From the IMG/VR virus record IMGVR_UViG_3300039004_000023, positions 1 through 27,362 of that record: 27,362 nt of DNA. The stretch is one strand, 5' to 3'. Every line of letters begins with the position of its first letter. Within the stretch, counting starts at the first letter, position 1. The position numbers and the translations under genes are program-made. Under the pieces are notes generated by a model. The model did not search any database. It had not been told where the DNA came from and saw nothing but the letters and a program-made list of their open reading frames with translations. Shown here piece by piece: positions 17,644 through 25,280 of the stretch. The stretch is from a virus. Taxonomy: Duplodnaviria > Caudoviricetes.

Positions 17644-17877
17644 TTATGATTTTATCCTCCTAAGTGCTTTATGTGATAGCCAGTCTCGACCGTCTTCGTT
17701 ATAAGTAACCAAAACACTAAATATTTTATTAATGGTAGGGTCCATATTTATTTCGGCAATGACCACCTCTTTACCGAAAAGATGATTATCAATGTTAAAC
17801 CAGTAGTGCTTACCTTCTAACTCTTCTTTATCCTTAACTAGAACTGTATCGACTACCTTACAGTTATTAAATTTCAT
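17644..17877 (-). CDS. Small beta-rich (SH3/KOW-like) hypothetical protein
   Basis: 77 aa, ATGA-coupled. Confidence 0.55.
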   Translation of the reverse strand: MKFNNCKVVDTVLVKDKEELEGKHYWFNIDNHLFGKEVVIAEINMDPTINKIFSVLVTYNEDGRDWLSHKALRRIKS

Positions 17878-18116
17878 TCTGGCTTCACCATAAAGTCTTC
17901 TATAGCTTTGGTGGATATCTTATCGATAGATAACCAACTACACGGAGTAAGCCAAACACGCCGATCGTGGTTTTCTAATATCTTCTCACTGTATATGTAT
18001 ACAGAGTTGGCATGTGGCCTTATACCTATAATAATGGCCTTGTCGCCTTTATCTAAAGGCCCGAATCTTTTTTTTGCTTTAACAATCATACCGATACGTG
18101 CGTTTTCTTTTTTCAT
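17874..18116 (-). CDS. Small beta-rich (SH3/KOW-like) hypothetical protein
   Basis: 80 aa, RBS AGGAGG, 'RIGMIVK...KGDKAIIIG'; TATACT box upstream. Confidence 0.6.
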   Translation of the reverse strand: MKKENARIGMIVKAKKRFGPLDKGDKAIIIGIRPHANSVYIYSEKILENHDRRVWLTPCSWLSIDKISTKAIEDFMVKPE

Positions 18117-18193
18117 TTAATCCTCCTGTTTTGAACAAGTATAGCGGTGCCGGTGGGGAGGGGAAGGAATTAAAGGGAATATGGAGGGGGTTT

Positions 18194-18427
18194 TTATGAC
18201 TTCCTTCTTTTTTCTGCCTTCTCTATTTCACGGTCAAACCAATCAAGCCATTCCTTAGATAATCTTTTAGTTCTTTTCTTAGTCCAACGTAGATAGCCAG
18301 GATTAGCTTCATGTTCGCATCCCTTCCTAATACACCAATCTGTAAAGGGGTTATTGAGGGAAACTAAGCCACAATAGATACAGTACTGCTTGCCGGCTAC
18401 CCGGCCTTTGAATGAATGATTTTTCAC
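18194..18427 (-). CDS. Cys/His-rich (Zn-binding) phage protein
   Basis: 'H.F...K.YCIYCGLV.LNN.FT.WCI..GC'. Probable GTG start at 18427 after AGGTAGAG (ORF track starts at 18481). Confidence 0.6.
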   Translation of the reverse strand: MKNHSFKGRVAGKQYCIYCGLVSLNNPFTDWCIRKGCEHEANPGYLRWTKKRTKRLSKEWLDWFDREIEKAEKRRKS

Positions 18428-18479
18428 TTTCTCTACCTTTGCGCGGTGGGGGGGAACCAAAATATTATCATCAGAAATC

Positions 18480-18499
18480 AAAACCCCGCGGTGGGGGTT
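18480..18499 (-). terminator. Possible terminator-like hairpin
   Basis: Minus strand AACCCC-CACCGC-GGGGTTTT. Confidence 0.3.
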
Positions 18500-18565
18500 G
18501 AATATAATATAGTATAAGAAATAAAAAAGCCCAACTATCCAGCCCTAACCAAAGCCTCACTCTAT

Positions 18566-18745
18566 CTACACTGAACTCTCCAACAAATAGGTCAGCTCAC
18601 TCCTTATATGTCGCATCATACATAATGTAGTTATTAGGTCTGGGTCTTGGTCTACCTCAGCCTCAACGTTCCCTATCTCCACATCTAAGTCAGCTATGTA
18701 GTTAATGAGTGCTGTACGTATGCTCAGGGTGTCTTTATCGGTCAT
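18566..18745 (-). CDS. Small acidic helical protein (59 aa)
   Basis: Not in ORF track: MTDKDTLSIRTALINYIADLDVEIGNVEAEVDQDPDLITTLCMMRHIRSELTYLLESSV; TAAGG upstream. Confidence 0.6.
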   Translation of the reverse strand: MTDKDTLSIRTALINYIADLDVEIGNVEAEVDQDPDLITTLCMMRHIRSELTYLLESSV

Positions 18746-18764
18746 TCTTATGCCTTAGCCAATC

Positions 18765-18966
18765 TGGTCTCAGGCTGTCTAGCACGCCTACTAGAGTCAA
18801 ATAACACTATCAAAAATAGCCGATAACTAATGTTATCGGAGGTATTTGCTTGTACATGTGTATGATAGCGAGACGTGCGTCATGTTCTGTGTGTGTGCTG
18901 CTTCAAATATGCCTGTGGATAAGTAGGGTGAAAGTGGTCTCAGGCTGTCTAGCATGCATACTGGAG
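18765..18966. repeat. 32-bp imperfect direct repeat, two copies 170 bp apart
   Basis: tggtctcaggctgtctagcacgcctactagag (18765-18796) vs tggtctcaggctgtctagcatgcatactggag (18935-18966); first 20 bp identical. Confidence 0.85.
18820..18839. repeat. Perfect inverted repeat
   Basis: CCGATAAC-TAAT-GTTATCGG. Confidence 0.7.
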
Positions 18967-19040
18967 GGATTTGGTGGTAGTTATATGTGTGAAGGATAGA
19001 GAGAAGAGAGCGGACGTCAACTTTAAAACCCACAAATAAT

Positions 19041-19080
19041 TAGGCTTGATTAGGCTTGATTAGGCTTGATTAGGCTTAAT
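19041..19080. repeat. 10-bp tandem repeat x4
   Basis: TAGGCTTGAT x3 plus TAGGCTTAAT. Confidence 0.95.
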
Positions 19081-19283
19081 CTTTAACAGATTTGATTAGT
19101 CTTAGACTATCTCTAATGGACGCTTACAATAACGATGGGTAACTATAACGCTCGCACCAATATCATTATTCTTAACTAGTGCAATGTGTTTAGGGCTTCT
19201 TTTATATAGAGGGTAGTTTAGTAGATTGAGGGAGGGTGTATTTAACCGACTAGAAGGTTTGAGTGTCGTCATAGAAGTTTAAT

Positions 19284-19311
19284 TTGTGTTTTAGCCAGAG
19301 TGGGCGATAAT
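19284..19311 (+). promoter_or_regulatory. Possible sigma70 promoter for the plus-strand island
   Basis: TTGTGT-16 bp-GATAAT upstream of RBS GAGGGAG. Confidence 0.35.
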
Positions 19312-19339
19312 TAGATTAAACAACGAGGGAGAAGAAAGT

Positions 19340-19576
19340 ATGAGCAACATTATACCACATCCGAGCCAGTTAAGTAGTATTTATGAGGCATATGAAGGAA
19401 CTAGTCGCCGTGGACGTATAGATAGCATGCTAAAAGATTGGGCAGCAAAGCATGATTGGTTTAAGTGTGCTATTCCTTTGAACGACAAGCATTTTGCGAT
19501 TGTTTGTAGCGATGCAACTTGTCATATATCAATCTTTACCGACTTTAACTCACTTTATGAATATGCAGGGTACTAA
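19340..19576 (+). CDS. Hypothetical protein (78 aa)
   Basis: Good RBS; 'WA.KHDWF', C-terminal 'L..YAGY'. Confidence 0.7.
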   Translation: MSNIIPHPSQLSSIYEAYEGTSRRGRIDSMLKDWAAKHDWFKCAIPLNDKHFAIVCSDATCHISIFTDFNSLYEYAGY

Positions 19577-19577
19577 G

Positions 19578-19670
19578 ATGAAACACTCATATCGTAGAAC
19601 TAATTCATCCGCTGGTTTGTATTTCTGGGCCGCTTTCTTAACCATGGTAGCTATAGGAGTCTTATTATGA
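19578..19670 (+). CDS. 30-aa single-TM micropeptide
   Basis: MKHSYRRTNSSAGLYFWAAFLTMVAIGVLL; starts 1 nt after the upstream stop. Confidence 0.55.
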   Translation: MKHSYRRTNSSAGLYFWAAFLTMVAIGVLL

Positions 19671-19753
19671 TCACTGCATTCTTAATCTGTGCCGGATTAC
19701 AATTACTAGCAGGTTTTATCATCTCATTAATTGCATACAACACAGCCGGGTAA
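19667..19753 (+). CDS. 28-aa single-TM micropeptide
   Basis: MITAFLICAGLQLLAGFIISLIAYNTAG; AGGAG RBS and ATGA overlap. Confidence 0.6.
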   Translation: MITAFLICAGLQLLAGFIISLIAYNTAG

Positions 19754-19767
19754 CACCGGCTTTTTTA
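19744..19767 (+). terminator. Rho-independent terminator between convergent genes
   Basis: AGCCGG-GTAACA-CCGGCT followed by a T run. Confidence 0.75.
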
Positions 19768-19959
19768 TTTGACTATATCCTTATGTATTGCGAAGAGTTC
19801 AATGAGATAGTCTTTACCCGCAAAAAAGTCTTCCAGCCGGTCCTTTAGCTTTATAGCATCACTCTGGTTTTCGAAAGTAATTGAATGTATGGCTGGCGGG
19901 CTTTGATTGTTAGTTTTTAGTGCGATTACCAGACACCACCTAGGCGTCTTTATTTTCAT
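19765..19959 (-). CDS. Hypothetical protein
   Basis: 64 aa, overlaps upstream gene end. Confidence 0.55.
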   Translation of the reverse strand: MKIKTPRWCLVIALKTNNQSPPAIHSITFENQSDAIKLKDRLEDFFAGKDYLIELFAIHKDIVK

Positions 19960-20134
19960 TTACTTTACTTTTCATTTCCTCTAGAGTCACAAGCGCTCTA
20001 TCTAAATAATACTTTACCGCTGTAAAGAGAAACTGCTCGTAGATACAGTCTTCCAGCTCCCTTAGCCTTTCCAGATTGTTTGCAGCTGTTTGTATCTTCT
20101 CTTTCTGCCGTCGTAGTATCTTCTTCTGTTCCAT
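19940..20134 (-). CDS. Small coiled-coil protein
   Basis: 64 aa, RBS AAGGGAG. Confidence 0.6.
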   Translation of the reverse strand: MEQKKILRRQKEKIQTAANNLERLRELEDCIYEQFLFTAVKYYLDRALVTLEEMKSKVNENKDA

Positions 20135-20145
20135 TCGACTCCCTT

Positions 20146-20187
20146 AATAAAGCAACCGGCCCCAGGACTGCTGTTACCGGGGCCGGC
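20146..20187 (-). terminator. GC-rich leader hairpin / attenuator-like terminator
   Basis: CCGGCCCCGG-N10-CCTGGGGCCGG then TTGCTTTATT, just before the RBS of 20134. Confidence 0.5.
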
Positions 20188-20223
20188 CTACTCTCTGATT
20201 GTGGACGTTCAAACCACATGCTT

Positions 20224-20252
20224 ATTATACAGTGTGCGTATCGGAGACAAAA
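20224..20252 (-). promoter_or_regulatory. Possible sigma70 promoter
   Basis: Perfect TATAAT (20229-20224); TTGTCT 15 bp upstream (short spacer); A/T tract further upstream. Confidence 0.4.
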
Positions 20253-20409
20253 GAACTTTTTAAACAGGGTAATAACTTATTAGAATAAGGTAATATAGTA
20301 TTATTTCTACACTGTTTATTTATCTAGGAATTTATTTAAAAACAGCCCTATCAATAGGGAACCAAATATAATAGTCCCGAAACAAACAAACAGCTTTACT
20401 ACTTCATAA

Positions 20410-20757
20410 TCAGTCATGTTCACCTCCTAAAACAACCCCAGCCAAATTATGATCAATACGCTTAGCTAACAACACTGCATTAGTGCGAATCTGTCTATAT
20501 TCAACACCATTAATCTTATCCAAAGGGTAAGGTACAGTTACCGACGCTCCTACAATCTGGGCTTCTACCCAAATATTCTTGTCATCTTTATACGAATGCA
20601 CTTTAGACCAAGTGTATACATCAAGATAAGCGTTTAAGGCATTGTGTAGGGCAATAATAAAGAACTCTACCCGATCGGGCGGCGTTGTCTTCTTTACTAC
20701 TCTTAATAATCTTTCTACTTCACCTGTATTCATATTCATTCTCCTACCATTCGTCAA
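20410..20757 (-). CDS. Hypothetical protein
   Basis: 115 aa (likely start at internal MNMNT after AGGAG). Confidence 0.6.
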   Translation of the reverse strand: MTNGRRMNMNTGEVERLLRVVKKTTPPDRVEFFIIALHNALNAYLDVYTWSKVHSYKDDKNIWVEAQIVGASVTVPYPLDKINGVEYRQIRTNAVLLAKRIDHNLAGVVLGGEHD

Positions 20758-20950
20758 CCTTATGACATTTAATATATAGTTTGTTTTTTCTTAACCATCC
20801 TCCTAGGTCGCTTGGTTTTTGTTTTATAAATTTACCAAAGATTGGTGCTGCCACAGCTATAATACCGTCTTTTACTATGACGCCAGCACAACAATGTTTG
20901 CAGTCTAATTGATATAGTACAGTTTTACTCATGGAATCTTCTGTACTCAA
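20744..20950 (-). CDS. Small hypothetical phage protein
   Basis: 'CAGVIVKDG....AAPI' motif. Confidence 0.6.
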   Translation of the reverse strand: MSTEDSMSKTVLYQLDCKHCCAGVIVKDGIIAVAAPIFGKFIKQKPSDLGGWLRKNKLYIKCHKVDEW

Positions 20951-21215
20951 TCAAAGATGTTGACACAAATAACTGCGCCAACTCTTCAATATCGTCACTC
21001 TCAAACACTTCGCTTGAATCAATGAACATCATGTGTTCTTTATGTGAACTCCTAAAGATAATATAAACAGTTGAATTAATACTCTGTTCAAAATCAGTGA
21101 AGCCGTGGGATATACCAACAAGATATGTCAGCTTGTCTTCTGGCTTGATTAAAGACCTAGCTTCAGTGCCGCAGAGCGTTAAAAACTGCTTCAACGGCTG
21201 GTACCCTTCAGTCAT
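20925..21215 (-). CDS. Hypothetical protein
   Basis: 96 aa, RBS GGAG, coupled to RusA. Confidence 0.6.
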   Translation of the reverse strand: MTEGYQPLKQFLTLCGTEARSLIKPEDKLTYLVGISHGFTDFEQSINSTVYIIFRSSHKEHMMFIDSSEVFESDDIEELAQLFVSTSLIEYRRFHE

Positions 21216-21567
21216 TTTTATACTCCACCAAAATACTGCCAGTAATACCCCATAACTTTGTTACTCTATGGTCCCATACTTGACAGTCATCTTCAAAGAT
21301 AGCGTCTAACAAGCCCTTGTGGAGGTTATCTATGTCAGGACGCTGCTGATGCGGTTTGCCCAGCATATCATCCATTTTCTTCTTACTCCACGACTTCGGC
21401 ATCGGTATTATGAAAGTTATATGGCAGTTAGATTTAGGTATAGATATACCAGATCCCTTTATTTTATCCTTGTACTCCCAGTACCTAGTAACACATGGCC
21501 TTTTCTTCCATTTATCAGCCCTAGTCATTCTTGGCTTAGGTACTGGAGTGATAGGATAATACTGCAT
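21208..21567 (-). CDS. rusA: RusA family Holliday junction resolvase
   Basis: 'PVPKPR', 'MPKSWSKKK', 'RPDIDNL.K.LLDA', 'DD.QV', 'KLWG'. Confidence 0.9.
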   Translation of the reverse strand: MQYYPITPVPKPRMTRADKWKKRPCVTRYWEYKDKIKGSGISIPKSNCHITFIIPMPKSWSKKKMDDMLGKPHQQRPDIDNLHKGLLDAIFEDDCQVWDHRVTKLWGITGSILVEYKND

Positions 21568-22355
21568 TATTTAGACCTAGATTTAGCTAACTGATTAGCC
21601 AAGTAAGCAATCTTTTCTCTAGTAATACCCAGCTTATGTTTAGCGTTCTGCAAAGAATTCATGTTACATTTCAATAACTTAAGTATATCATGATTGCGAT
21701 AGCCAAGTATCATATGAATGAGTATTAATTCTTCTGGCCAGCGCCCAAGCTCTTTGTATATACGATCGCGTAACTTAGGCATAATCTTGTTATTAGACAC
21801 CAGACTGGTAGGGCAAACCACTTCCTCTTCTGTGATCTCACCCTTAAAGAATCGATGTATTCTTACCATAAAGGTTTGCCTTATAACACCATTAGCCTTA
21901 GCTTGCTTTTTAAGCTTACGATATTGAGATAACTGTTCATCTGAAAATTTAGCAGTAACATCACCAATTCTAGGCTGAGAGCTAGGTGTCATGAGTTCTT
22001 TTTTAGTGATAATACCTTTCCGATATTTTGTCAGCATTCGCTGAGCTGTAGCTTCAGATAAACCTACCTCTTTATATACTTTATATACTTCATCCCTGAA
22101 TTTTTTATTTCCCTGCCTAATAACATTTAGTTCTTTTGATTCTTTACTTTGCGCTTGCTTTGTTGGGTTTATATACAACAAAACATCTGCTGTAATTTCT
22201 CCACGTATATATTTTGACCAACGCTTATTAAAAGTACTTAGTGGAATACCGTACTCTATCGCTTTTTCTTTGTATGCTTTATGTGTTCCGCGCGGCATAC
22301 TGGATGCGTCTACGGACTTTAGCTTATTGAGTTCATATTGTGTAAATTTCATCAC
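21567..22355 (-). CDS. Basic repeat-containing putative DNA-binding protein
   Basis: Three 'A...G....TF..R...Y.KG.IT..E...P'-type repeats plus a C-terminal HTH-like segment. Confidence 0.6.
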   Translation of the reverse strand: MMKFTQYELNKLKSVDASSMPRGTHKAYKEKAIEYGIPLSTFNKRWSKYIRGEITADVLLYINPTKQAQSKESKELNVIRQGNKKFRDEVYKVYKEVGLSEATAQRMLTKYRKGIITKKELMTPSSQPRIGDVTAKFSDEQLSQYRKLKKQAKANGVIRQTFMVRIHRFFKGEITEEEVVCPTSLVSNNKIMPKLRDRIYKELGRWPEELILIHMILGYRNHDILKLLKCNMNSLQNAKHKLGITREKIAYLANQLAKSRSK

Positions 22356-22891
22356 TTCCTCTTAAAATGCATAAAATCCACAGAGCCATAAAAATCATCA
22401 TTATATCCAGCATAACTCTCTAAATTATATTGCTTTTGAATCATTGGGCGAATGTATGGAAACTTTGTATCACACTCATAATCCCGCTCATTTAATGCTG
22501 TCATATATATATTATCGACAAACCAATCATCAAGAACTTGCTTATATATACTAGCACCACCAATAATCATGATTTCTTTGCAGTTCGGATAATTACTGCT
22601 AGCTGATTCTATACAGACATTTAAATGAGGTGTTATGATGTATGGATTAAATTTAAATTCAAGGTCTTCTGGATAACTATTCGAGATAACATAAACTGGC
22701 CTATCTTTTAAGCTAACAGATAAAGTCTCAGCTGTTTTTCTACCTACAATACATGGTTTTCCTCTAGTTTTTTGCTTGAAATAGCGTATATCCTCTTTAA
22801 CGTGCCATGGTATTTTACCATGCTTACCTATACCATTTTCTCTATCAACACAGACTATGATAGATAGCTCATGGTTTTCTAGCATATTCAT
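22352..22891 (-). CDS. folA: Dihydrofolate reductase
   Basis: 'IG..GKIPW...ED..YFK..T', 'IVGRKT', 'L.DR', 'IIGGASIY', 'CDT.FP'. Confidence 0.92.
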   Translation of the reverse strand: MNMLENHELSIIVCVDRENGIGKHGKIPWHVKEDIRYFKQKTRGKPCIVGRKTAETLSVSLKDRPVYVISNSYPEDLEFKFNPYIITPHLNVCIESASSNYPNCKEIMIIGGASIYKQVLDDWFVDNIYMTALNERDYECDTKFPYIRPMIQKQYNLESYAGYNDDFYGSVDFMHFKRK

Positions 22892-22897
22892 ACTACT

Positions 22898-23518
22898 CTA
22901 CTCTCTATGTGTTCTGTATCCTAAAACCCTGTGATGTGAGTAAGGTTTAACACAAATCATATTATTCTGGTTGCCTCCTAATACATACAGGACGTTATCG
23001 TTTAACTCGACAACAAACCCCACATGCCCTTGCCAACTTTTACCGCCGAGTGACAGCACTACAATACAACCTACGGCTGGCTCTATTAGATTAAATCCCC
23101 ACTTCAGCCACGACCTAGCAGCCGCTGAATTGGTCCCGCTATAGCCTGCTTCAGTGACGCACCAATTTACAAAAGCACTACACCATGGGGTTTCATCATC
23201 ATTAGCTTTTAAAGTTGTAGTGGCATGATATTTCAGAATATCTTGATTATGCATTTTACCTTTATACTCTCTTACCCCTTTAGCCATCTCATTTTGAGCA
23301 ATCAGGTAGTAATTAGGTAAATAAGCTGTTGATTCAATTAATGATATAGATTCTTTTTTTGCTCGGCCTGGCACATTAATAGACGCCCCGACATAAATAC
23401 GATCAGGGTCTTCTATATGTGGGTTTAAATCCATTAGATTATATAAACTAACGCCAAATCTTTTAGCTATATCACCGAGTGTATCGCCTTTTTTGATTTT
23501 ATAAACTGTTGTTTCCAT
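22898..23518 (-). CDS. LysM plus TIGR02594 (NlpC/P60-CHAP-like) peptidoglycan hydrolase, probable endolysin
   Basis: LysM 'YKIKKGDTL..IAKRFGVS...L..LNP.I..P..IYVG'; catalytic 'DETPWCSAFVNW', 'ARSWL.WG', 'GHVGF', 'LGGNQ'. Confidence 0.88.
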   Translation of the reverse strand: METTVYKIKKGDTLGDIAKRFGVSLYNLMDLNPHIEDPDRIYVGASINVPGRAKKESISLIESTAYLPNYYLIAQNEMAKGVREYKGKMHNQDILKYHATTTLKANDDETPWCSAFVNWCVTEAGYSGTNSAAARSWLKWGFNLIEPAVGCIVVLSLGGKSWQGHVGFVVELNDNVLYVLGGNQNNMICVKPYSHHRVLGYRTHRE

Positions 23519-23526
23519 GACAACTC

Positions 23527-24108
23527 CTATTTAGTTAATTTCTGTAGAATGAATTCATTCTTTTGGCCGTGCTTAGTTATCTTTGTTAATCGAGTAGCAA
23601 ATGATTTTGGTAATCTATCTTGAGCGTACTTCCAGGCTAACTCTGGTTGCATCTCTGTTACTTGCTTAAAAACTGTAGATGAAAGCTTATCCCAGGCGTG
23701 CTTAATAGCTGCTCTTGGGTAAAGCAAGGCTAACTCATTCAACATCTTACTGCTTATCTTGTCTGGTCGCTTAATAGCTTGAACTGGGGCGTGCGGTGCT
23801 AAGTCATGTATCAACACTGTATCAAGATAGTCGATAGCATATTCCAGCGCTTCGTGAGGGTGATCAAAAGCAGCCTCTTTCAGTATATTATTATCCCTTA
23901 GTAACTCAGGGAAATACTGTAATGCTGCTTCAGGTGCTTCTTTACAAAGTTCTAATATCCTTTGATAGTCCTGGGGTCCAGTATAAGCTGGTGCCTTGGC
24001 AATCATTTCTAGCTGGTTGGCTGCTGGTATAAGGTGTAATTGTTTACTAGCAGAATAGTATGCTTGTCTTGTTTCTTTCCCTACTCTAAGGTCACGTAAG
24101 TTTGGCAT
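23527..24108 (-). CDS. Alpha-helical repeat protein (DUF4116-like)
   Basis: About five ~23-aa repeats of 'P..AL.Y..D.L'. Confidence 0.5.
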   Translation of the reverse strand: MPNLRDLRVGKETRQAYYSASKQLHLIPAANQLEMIAKAPAYTGPQDYQRILELCKEAPEAALQYFPELLRDNNILKEAAFDHPHEALEYAIDYLDTVLIHDLAPHAPVQAIKRPDKISSKMLNELALLYPRAAIKHAWDKLSSTVFKQVTEMQPELAWKYAQDRLPKSFATRLTKITKHGQKNEFILQKLTK

Positions 24109-24109
24109 A

Positions 24110-24475
24110 TTAATTCTCTGTTTTTGGTTTTGGTCCTGGTTTTTTGCGTAGTGGTGTAGCGCCTGTTTCAGCGGCTTTCTCCTTTTTAATTTTTTGCATC
24201 TTCATTCGCATAGCTGCCTTAGCCATGTGGACTATACCTGCTTTAGACGCTTTGATGGAGCCATTTTCATCATTAATTTTCACAAGATGATTGTCGAGAT
24301 ATTCTGCAATAAGCATGTAATCTTCATCGCCATTGTCATCCTTTATAGTGAACCCGTACTCACCTACTTCGACTTTGTAGATATAGCCTTCAGTGAAAAG
24401 CTTAGCGTAGTTTCCGCTTACCTTTTTCACATACAAGTAGTCATTTTCCTTTAAAACTTCTCTAGCTGTTGACAT
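24110..24475 (-). CDS. Hypothetical protein with basic AT-hook-like tail
   Basis: 121 aa; beta-rich N-terminus, C-terminal 'RKKPGPKPK'. Confidence 0.6.
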   Translation of the reverse strand: MSTAREVLKENDYLYVKKVSGNYAKLFTEGYIYKVEVGEYGFTIKDDNGDEDYMLIAEYLDNHLVKINDENGSIKASKAGIVHMAKAAMRMKMQKIKKEKAAETGATPLRKKPGPKPKTEN

Positions 24476-24480
24476 AACTT

Positions 24481-25014
24481 TTACCTCTTACCGTGATTTT
24501 TAGAATAACCTAATGATAATATTCTCATTTCCCTATACTCGCAAGCTTCTTCTTTGGTTTTAAAATATTTTGATCTTTGCTTGCCGTTTTCGTCGTGCCA
24601 CTTAGCCCTCCAAGGTTTTGGCAACCCACGATTGTCAAAGGTAATGCCAGTAACACCGCTAGTGTTATTTGAGCGTTTCTTTTGGTTTTTTGTATTCTGC
24701 TTACGATTCACAACCCTTAAATTTGTAATACGGTTATCAGCCCTATCACCATTAATATGATCTATCTCAGTAGGCTCTATACCATAAAATAATTTATAAA
24801 TTACTCTATGCGCTCTATATCGTCGATAATGAATACTTATGAATATATATCCATTATCAGGCTGTAACCACCCAGCCTCTTTTCCTGCAAACCTACTATT
24901 CCATTGTGCACTAGCTGATAATCTATGTTTATGTTTCAAAACCCCTGTCTCAGGGTTATAATCAAACAAGGTTTCCAGTTCAGTTTGTGATAAGGGGATT
25001 GGTTTTGGCTTCAT
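24481..25014 (-). CDS. HNH homing endonuclease with C-terminal DNA-binding domain
   Basis: 'FDYNPETG', 'YRAHRVIY', 'IDHINGDRADNRITNLR', 'NTSGVTGI', 'F.TKEEA..YR'. Start MKPKP at 25014 inferred from paralogs (track: 25065). Confidence 0.88.
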   Translation of the reverse strand: MKPKPIPLSQTELETLFDYNPETGVLKHKHRLSASAQWNSRFAGKEAGWLQPDNGYIFISIHYRRYRAHRVIYKLFYGIEPTEIDHINGDRADNRITNLRVVNRKQNTKNQKKRSNNTSGVTGITFDNRGLPKPWRAKWHDENGKQRSKYFKTKEEACEYREMRILSLGYSKNHGKR

Positions 25015-25280
25015 ATGATTACCGCTGCTCTGATTGCCATTCGTTACAGGAAGTTTGGCACTCAATCAATGAATCTCCTGATGTTAAGTGTGTTAATTGC
25101 CTTAGTAAATGTATAAGAGTGATTCTAAGCGCTCCAGGTACAGTAGTCCCACCACAACACTCTTCGTCCGGCGATAAATTAAAATACTACGGCATCAAAA
25201 ACCCATTCACGGGGGAAGGTATCACTAAGGATACCGATGTATCTATTCCACCAGGGATTCGTGTTCGCTCTCGCAAGTAG
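25005..25280 (+). CDS. FmdB-like zinc-ribbon protein
   Basis: TTG start after AAGGGGA gives MASYDYRCSDC...EVWHSINE.P...CVNC.....ILSAP, the FmdB/CxxC_CxxC_SSSS pattern. Confidence 0.75.
   Translation: MASYDYRCSDCHSLQEVWHSINESPDVKCVNCLSKCIRVILSAPGTVVPPQHSSSGDKLKYYGIKNPFTGEGITKDTDVSIPPGIRVRSRK

Noticed and set aside
18765-18966. Mini CRISPR array (32-bp repeats)
   Set aside because: Only two copies, 138 bp between them, no cas genes.
20346-20359. Palindrome CCCTATCAATAGGG
   Set aside because: Single short element with no T tract or second copy.
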